Shown here: positions 59,108 through 64,000 of the stretch, in pieces
How the letters are laid out: every line of letters begins with the position of its first letter
Position numbering within the stretch: position 1 is the first letter of the stretch
Origin: an uncultured Planctomycetia bacterium
Lineage (GTDB): Bacteria; Omnitrophota; Gorgyraeia; JAFGHF01
Reading direction: 5' to 3'
NCBI GenBank assembly: GCA_964586605.1
Contig: CAZPGX010000002.1
Coordinates: forward strand, 11,648 to 75,647
Length of the DNA: 64,000 nt
Program-made: the position numbers and the translations under genes
The notes under the pieces: generated by a model
The model's input: the letters and a program-made list of their open reading frames with translations, nothing else
Told to the model about the DNA's origin: nothing
Databases searched by the model: none

Positions 59108-60678
59108 TTGGCGTAGTCGATTGCTCGCGTTTCGCGAATTACCATAACCTTAACCTGCCCCGGATACTCCAGGCCCTCTTCGATCTTTTTTCTGATCTCG
59201 CCGGCCAAAACTACTGATTCGGCATCGCTGACCTTATTCGGCTGCACAATTACTCTTATCTCCCTGCCGGCCTGAATAGCATAGGCCTTGCTTACACCTT
59301 TAAAAGAATCGGCTATGGATTCCAGCTTTTCCAGGCGCTTCACGTAAGACTCTAATGTCTCGCGCCTTGCCCCCGGGCGAGTTGCGCTAACGGCATCGGC
59401 GGCCTGAACCAATACGGCTAAAAGCGACCTGGCCTCAACATCCTGATGATGCGCGGCGATGGCATTGACTACCAACGGCCCCTCCCCGTATTTTTTGGCC
59501 AGCTCCGCCCCGATATTGGCATGGGTGCCTTCCACTTCATGGTCAACGGCCTTGCCGATGTCATGCAAGAGTCCCACCCTGCGGGCCAGGGCAAAATCTA
59601 TGCCCAGCTCGGAAGCCATTACCCCCAGAAGGTAGGCAACCTCTTTGGAATGCTGCAATACATTCTGCCCAAAGCTGGTTCTATATTTAAGACGGCCTAA
59701 CAGCTTAATCTCTTCAGGGTGCAACCTGTGCACGCCGGCATCGAAAGCGGCGCGCTTTCCTTCTTCCCGGATAGCCAATTCCATCTCCTGTTTAACCTTG
59801 ACCACCACCTCTTCAATCCGCGCCGGATGGATCCTCCCGTCGGCAATCAACCTCTCCAGGGCAACGCGGGCAATCTCCCTTTTTACCAGATTAAACCCTG
59901 AAAGCGTAACCGCCTCCGGCGTATCATCAACAATGACATCTATACCCGTGGCAATCTCCAGGGCGCGAATATTTCTTCCCTCTCGGCCAATAATTCTGCC
60001 TTTCATCTCGTCAGAAGGCAAGCTAACCACGCTAACCGTAGATTCAATCGTATGGTCGGCGGCACACCTTTGAATAGCCAGGCTAATTATCTCTCTGGAT
60101 TTTTTGTCGGCGGTCTCTTTGGCCTCCTCTTCTGTGCGCCTGATCATAGCAACGGCCTCAAGCTTTGCATCGCGTTCCATTCTCTCCAGGAGAATCCTCT
60201 TTGCCGCCTCGGCGGTTAAGCCGGAAACCCTCTGCAATCTTTGCTTTTCCTCTTCAATCAGCCTGCCCAACTCGCTGTTCTTGTTCTCCAGTGCCTTCTC
60301 AGCAAGGGTAATATTTTTTTCTCTGCGCTGGGCGTCTCTTTCTTTTCTCTCCAGGATATCAACCTTACGGTCGATATTTTCTTCTTTCTGCAGCTGCCTT
60401 CTTTCCAAAGCAGCCAATCTTTGCCTTGTCTCTTTAGTCTCTCTCTCGAATTCTGCCCGCGTCTTATAAAGCAGGTCTTTGGCCTCTAATTTTGCCTCGC
60501 GGCGGATATTCTCCGCCTCTTTCTCGGCTGCCTGGGTAATCTCTTTGGCTTTAGTCTCGGCAATCTTGACCTTCATCTCCGCAGCATACTTGCGAAGAAG
60601 ATAGCCTATGGCAAAAAAGATTATGCCGCTAAAAATACCCAAGGCGATGAGCCGCATAAGATTAAGTTCTATTATCAT
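59104..60678 (-). CDS. rny: Ribonuclease Y
   Basis: N-terminal TM segment, a coiled coil, a KH domain and an HD domain ([12 protein letters not shown]). Confidence 0.9.
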   Translation of the reverse strand: MIIELNLMRLIALGIFSGIIFFAIGYLLRKYAAEMKVKIAETKAKEITQAAEKEAENIRREAKLEAKDLLYKTRAEFERETKETRQRLAALERRQLQKEENIDRKVDILERKERDAQRREKNITLAEKALENKNSELGRLIEEEKQRLQRVSGLTAEAAKRILLERMERDAKLEAVAMIRRTEEEAKETADKKSREIISLAIQRCAADHTIESTVSVVSLPSDEMKGRIIGREGRNIRALEIATGIDVIVDDTPEAVTLSGFNLVKREIARVALERLIADGRIHPARIEEVVVKVKQEMELAIREEGKRAAFDAGVHRLHPEEIKLLGRLKYRTSFGQNVLQHSKEVAYLLGVMASELGIDFALARRVGLLHDIGKAVDHEVEGTHANIGAELAKKYGEGPLVVNAIAAHHQDVEARSLLAVLVQAADAVSATRPGARRETLESYVKRLEKLESIADSFKGVSKAYAIQAGREIRVIVQPNKVSDAESVVLAGEIRKKIEEGLEYPGQVKVMVIRETRAIDYAK

Positions 60679-60697
60679 GAAAACCTCCCCCGTGGAA

Positions 60698-61252
60698 TTA
60701 CGCAGAGATTAGTTTGGTAACGGGGATATCGTGGGAGAGTGCGGGAAGCGTCTCAACCAACTGAAAGTCAAAGGCCAGGCCAATGCGAGGAATGTCCGCA
60801 GGTAAGCTGGCCATGAATTTATCGTAATAGCCTCCTCCCCGGCCCAGGCGCCTGTTTTGCCGGTCAAAGGCCAGGCCGGGAACTACTACTAAATTTATCT
60901 TTTCCGGCGGCACTTCGCGGATACATTCATCGCGGGGCCGGAGTATTCCGTAGGGCCCCGGCACCAGGTCGGTTTTTGAGTCTTCTATTTGGGAAGCTAT
61001 TATTCTATTCTCTCCTTTTAATATTACCGGTACCGATATTTTCTTGCCGATTTTTAGGGCTTCCTCTATCATCAGATGCGTCTGGACTTCTTCCTTTGTG
61101 GCCAGATAGAACATCACCTGTTTTGCCCTTTTAAATTCGGCAAGCTCGAAAAATTTTTTCTTAATCAAAAAACTTTTCTGTAATCGCTGCTTGTTATTTT
61201 GTCTATCTAACTTCTCTTTGATCTCCTTTCTGAAACTATCCTTCAACATCAT
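60698..61252 (-). CDS. 5-formyltetrahydrofolate cyclo-ligase
   Basis: MTHFS family with the GRGGGYYD motif. Confidence 0.85.
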   Translation of the reverse strand: MMLKDSFRKEIKEKLDRQNNKQRLQKSFLIKKKFFELAEFKRAKQVMFYLATKEEVQTHLMIEEALKIGKKISVPVILKGENRIIASQIEDSKTDLVPGPYGILRPRDECIREVPPEKINLVVVPGLAFDRQNRRLGRGGGYYDKFMASLPADIPRIGLAFDFQLVETLPALSHDIPVTKLISA

Positions 61253-62900
61253 TTTTATGCTTTTTAATATCGTCCCACTGAAAAGAGCCCATTACTGCCT
61301 GGGCAACGTTGGTCAGATGGTCGCCAATCTTCTCCAGGTTATTAATAAAATCCAAAAAAATGATCCCGGAGAGAATAAAACATGTGCCTTCATTCAGCCT
61401 CTGGATATGATTTTGCCGCAGTTCCATCTGCAATCTATTTAAGGTTTGCTCTCTCACCAGCGCCTTTTGGGCGTATTCATGACTGTCATTTTGCAAGGCA
61501 GATTTTACCTCTTCCAGCATCGAATTCACTTCGTTATATACCATCTGCAATTCTTCCAAGGCATTTTTAGTAAAAGGGAGTTTTTCCTCCAGCGCCCTTT
61601 CCGCCAGCTCCTGTAAATTTTCAGCGTGGTCGCCAATTCTTTCGATATCATTTACCGAGTGCAAAAGCGCAGGCAGCTTCTCCGACTCCTCGGGTGTAAG
61701 GTTGCGTTGGGAAACCTGTACCAGATATTGGGTAATCTCTTTTTGCAGGTTATCCACGGCTTCTTCCCGACGGGCAACCTCACCCAGCAGGCGTTCGTTG
61801 CGGCCGAAAAAACCCTGCATTGCACAGGATATAGCGTCTTGGGCAATACCCGCCATACGCACCAATTCCTTGGCGGCCTGGTCTAAGGCTAAAGGCGGGG
61901 TGTCCAGCAGGTGCCTCTCTAAAAACTTCGGCTCCGCCGGCAACTCTTCAACCTGGCCAGGAACTATCCAAAGGCAAACTCTTTCTAAAACTCCTATGAA
62001 AGGCAAAAAGACTATAGTATTTAAGAGATTAAATACTAAATGGGCATTGGCAATGTGGCGCATTATATTTGCGTTTACATCCCCGGGCGTAATAAACACA
62101 ATAAATTTGGCAAACCAGCCGTTATAAACAAAGACAAGTATATAACCGACGCCAAGGACATTAAATAGGGTATGGGCCCAGGCAGTCCGCCGGGCAGTGA
62201 GATTGGTTCCGATGCTGGCGAGCTGGGCGGTAATGGTGGTGCCGATATTAGCACCCAAAATTAAACTGACAGAAACTGGAAAAGTTAATAGTCCATTAAA
62301 GGCCATGGCCATTACCAAACCTGTTGTGGCACTGGATGATTGAATTATTGCTGTGAGTATTGCTCCAGCTACAACTCCTAGCAGGGGATTGGCACTGAAA
62401 TTAATCAAGGCCTGGCTGGTGAGGGGATTCTCTTTGAGTGGACCGAGGACCTGTTTCATAATTAAAAGGCCCAAAAAAAGCAGGCCAAAACCCAAAAGCA
62501 CCTGGCCCCAGAATTTCCAGGCCTTCCTTTTGGCCAGGACAAACAGGGCAAATCCTAAGCCGATTGCCGGCAGGGCGTACTGGTCGATTTTAAAAGCAAT
62601 AATCTGGGCGGTAATGGTGGTGCCGATATTGGCGCCTATAATCACGCCAATCGCCTGTTTAAGCGCCAAGAGGCCGGCATTAACAAACCCCACTGCCATC
62701 ACCGTTGTAGCGGAGGAGCTCTGGATTATGCCGGTGACTACTGCCCCCGTGCATACTCCTACTATTGTTTTATTGGTCAAAAACTTCAAAATCTGGCGCA
62801 GCTTGGCCCCGGCCAGTTTCTGGAAACCCTCGGAGAGCAATCGCATTCCAAAGAGAAACAAACCTAAACCACCGACTATACCAAAAACAATCTCTTTCAT
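61236..62900 (-). CDS. Na+/phosphate cotransporter family protein with a C-terminal PhoU-like domain
   Basis: Duplicated Na_Pi_cotrans membrane repeats (GANIGTTITAQ x2) plus PhoU-like helices. Confidence 0.8.
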   Translation of the reverse strand: MKEIVFGIVGGLGLFLFGMRLLSEGFQKLAGAKLRQILKFLTNKTIVGVCTGAVVTGIIQSSSATTVMAVGFVNAGLLALKQAIGVIIGANIGTTITAQIIAFKIDQYALPAIGLGFALFVLAKRKAWKFWGQVLLGFGLLFLGLLIMKQVLGPLKENPLTSQALINFSANPLLGVVAGAILTAIIQSSSATTGLVMAMAFNGLLTFPVSVSLILGANIGTTITAQLASIGTNLTARRTAWAHTLFNVLGVGYILVFVYNGWFAKFIVFITPGDVNANIMRHIANAHLVFNLLNTIVFLPFIGVLERVCLWIVPGQVEELPAEPKFLERHLLDTPPLALDQAAKELVRMAGIAQDAISCAMQGFFGRNERLLGEVARREEAVDNLQKEITQYLVQVSQRNLTPEESEKLPALLHSVNDIERIGDHAENLQELAERALEEKLPFTKNALEELQMVYNEVNSMLEEVKSALQNDSHEYAQKALVREQTLNRLQMELRQNHIQRLNEGTCFILSGIIFLDFINNLEKIGDHLTNVAQAVMGSFQWDDIKKHKNDVEG

Positions 62901-62951
62901 TCGTCCTTTTCTCTATTTAGTTAGACTTTTATTATACTATATCTAATTAAA

Positions 62952-64000
62952 TTAATCAACCTTACCCTTTTCCAGCTTCTCCAGCCATTCTTTAATCTTC
63001 TGCTCATAGCCAATTGCCGCGGGGATATAGTATTTTTTCTTAGTCGGGACATACTCTTGCTTCACAAAATGCCCGGGGTAGCTATGGGCGTATTTATAGC
63101 CCCGGCCATGCCCCAATCTTTCTGCCCCAGCATATCCCCCCACCCTTAAGGGTGGGGGCACCTGAAGGGTTCTGCCTTGTTCCACGTCGGATAAGGCCGC
63201 TTCTATTCCCTTATAGGCGGCATTACTTTTGGGCGCTGAGGCAATATAGACTGCGGCCTGGGCCAGGGGAATCCGCGCCTCGGGCAACCCGACAAATTCG
63301 CAAGTCTGCCAGGCCGCATTGGCTAAAACCAGGGCCTGAGGGTCGGCGTTGCCGACATCCTCGGCCGCGCAGATAACAATCCTGCGGGCAATGAAACGGG
63401 GGTCCTCTCCGGCATAAATCATCTTGGCCAGCCAATAAAGGGCGGCATCGGGATCGGAGCCGCGCATGCTTTTAATAAAAGCGGAAATCGTATCATAATG
63501 CCCGCCCTCATTCTTATCATAAACAACCGCCTTCTTCTGGATAGACTGCTCGGCTACTTCCAGGGTAAAGTCTATTGTTCCGCCTTTGCTGGATTTCGTG
63601 GTCAACGCCCCTACCTCCAGGGCATTTAGCGCCCGGCGGGCATCCCCCTCGGATAAACGGGCCAGATGGCGCAGCGCCTTATCCTCTATCTTGATGCGCA
63701 TTTTTCCCAAGCCGCGCCCTTTGTCCTTGAGGGCGTTTTTCAAGATTACAATAATCTCTTCTTCGCTTAAAGGATTTAAGGAAAAGACGATAGAACGGGA
63801 AAGTAACGGAGCCACTATGGAGAAAAACGGATTGTGCACTGTGGCGCCGATAAGCACCACATTTGCCTCTTCCACATCAGGCAAGACAACGTCTTGCTGG
63901 GCCTTGTTAAAACGGTGAATCTCGTCAATGAAAAGGATTGTTTTTTGCCGGGTGAGTTTCTTTCTCTGCCCGGCCGCAGAGATTATCTTGCGCATCGCCT
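62952..64000 (-). CDS. rarA: Replication-associated recombination protein A (RarA/MgsA AAA+ ATPase); the N-terminus lies beyond the window end
   Basis: Walker B/sensor region (ILFIDEIHRFNKAQQD) and the conserved C-terminal MgsA domain. The ORF is open up to the window edge. Confidence 0.8.
   Translation of the reverse strand, partial: AMRKIISAAGQRKKLTRQKTILFIDEIHRFNKAQQDVVLPDVEEANVVLIGATVHNPFFSIVAPLLSRSIVFSLNPLSEEEIIVILKNALKDKGRGLGKMRIKIEDKALRHLARLSEGDARRALNALEVGALTTKSSKGGTIDFTLEVAEQSIQKKAVVYDKNEGGHYDTISAFIKSMRGSDPDAALYWLAKMIYAGEDPRFIARRIVICAAEDVGNADPQALVLANAAWQTCEFVGLPEARIPLAQAAVYIASAPKSNAAYKGIEAALSDVEQGRTLQVPPPLRVGGYAGAERLGHGRGYKYAHSYPGHFVKQEYVPTKKKYYIPAAIGYEQKIKEWLEKLEKGKVD

Overview
The window is a compact, gene-dense bacterial segment in which about 80 of 85 genes are on the minus strand, often with overlapping start and stop codons (typically 4 nt). 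Gene content suggests an anaerobic organism with a Gram-negative-type envelope: an Rnf complex, a 3-subunit 2-oxoacid:ferredoxin oxidoreductase, several radical SAM enzymes, a TonB-dependent receptor, FeoAB, and both TreT and OtsAB trehalose pathways. Read low to high coordinates, the window contains: a long minus-strand array (radical SAM, csaA-like, a UvrD-type helicase fused to a Cas4/AddB-like nuclease, nrdR, dCMP deaminase, glyA, rpiB, LMW-PTP, tsaC, treT-like, otsB, otsA, purE-D-M-C-B); an initiator tRNA gene; an S1-domain protein, ftsB, eno, purN; rnfC-G-D-E-A-B; a ROK kinase; a radical SAM enzyme with a small Cys-rich protein; a cobalamin-riboswitch-controlled tonB-btuB unit; a second cobalamin-riboswitch-controlled operon (cobC-cobU-cobT-cobS-cbiB-cobD, two PP-loop ATP-pyrophosphatase genes, btuFCD, a DUF4430-like gene); hldD, feoAB, a rhomboid protease and an ATPase; tRNA-Glu; a plus-strand FIST / GAF histidine kinase / REC-GGDEF-like response regulator module; tRNA-Leu; a four-helix-bundle protein; tRNA-Gln; a PilZ protein; gltX; three 2-oxoacid:ferredoxin oxidoreductase subunits; dxs; xseBA; a second PilZ protein; ymdB-like; rny; MTHFS; a Na/Pi cotransporter; and a partial rarA. 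The most unusual feature is that the initiator tRNA-fMet(CAU) gene (minus strand, 17692..18412) is split by a 644-nt group I intron of the IC3 type, inserted in the anticodon loop. The intron carries a 145-aa ORF with a PD-(D/E)XK nuclease signature, an arrangement so far described mainly for cyanobacterial tRNA-fMet (I-Ssp6803I). Other points worth checking are two PP-loop amidoligase-like genes embedded in the B12-riboswitch-controlled cobamide salvage and transport operon, and recurring heptanucleotide tandem repeats inside conserved coding sequences. All calls were made by eye from the sequence and the ORF track, with no database searches.
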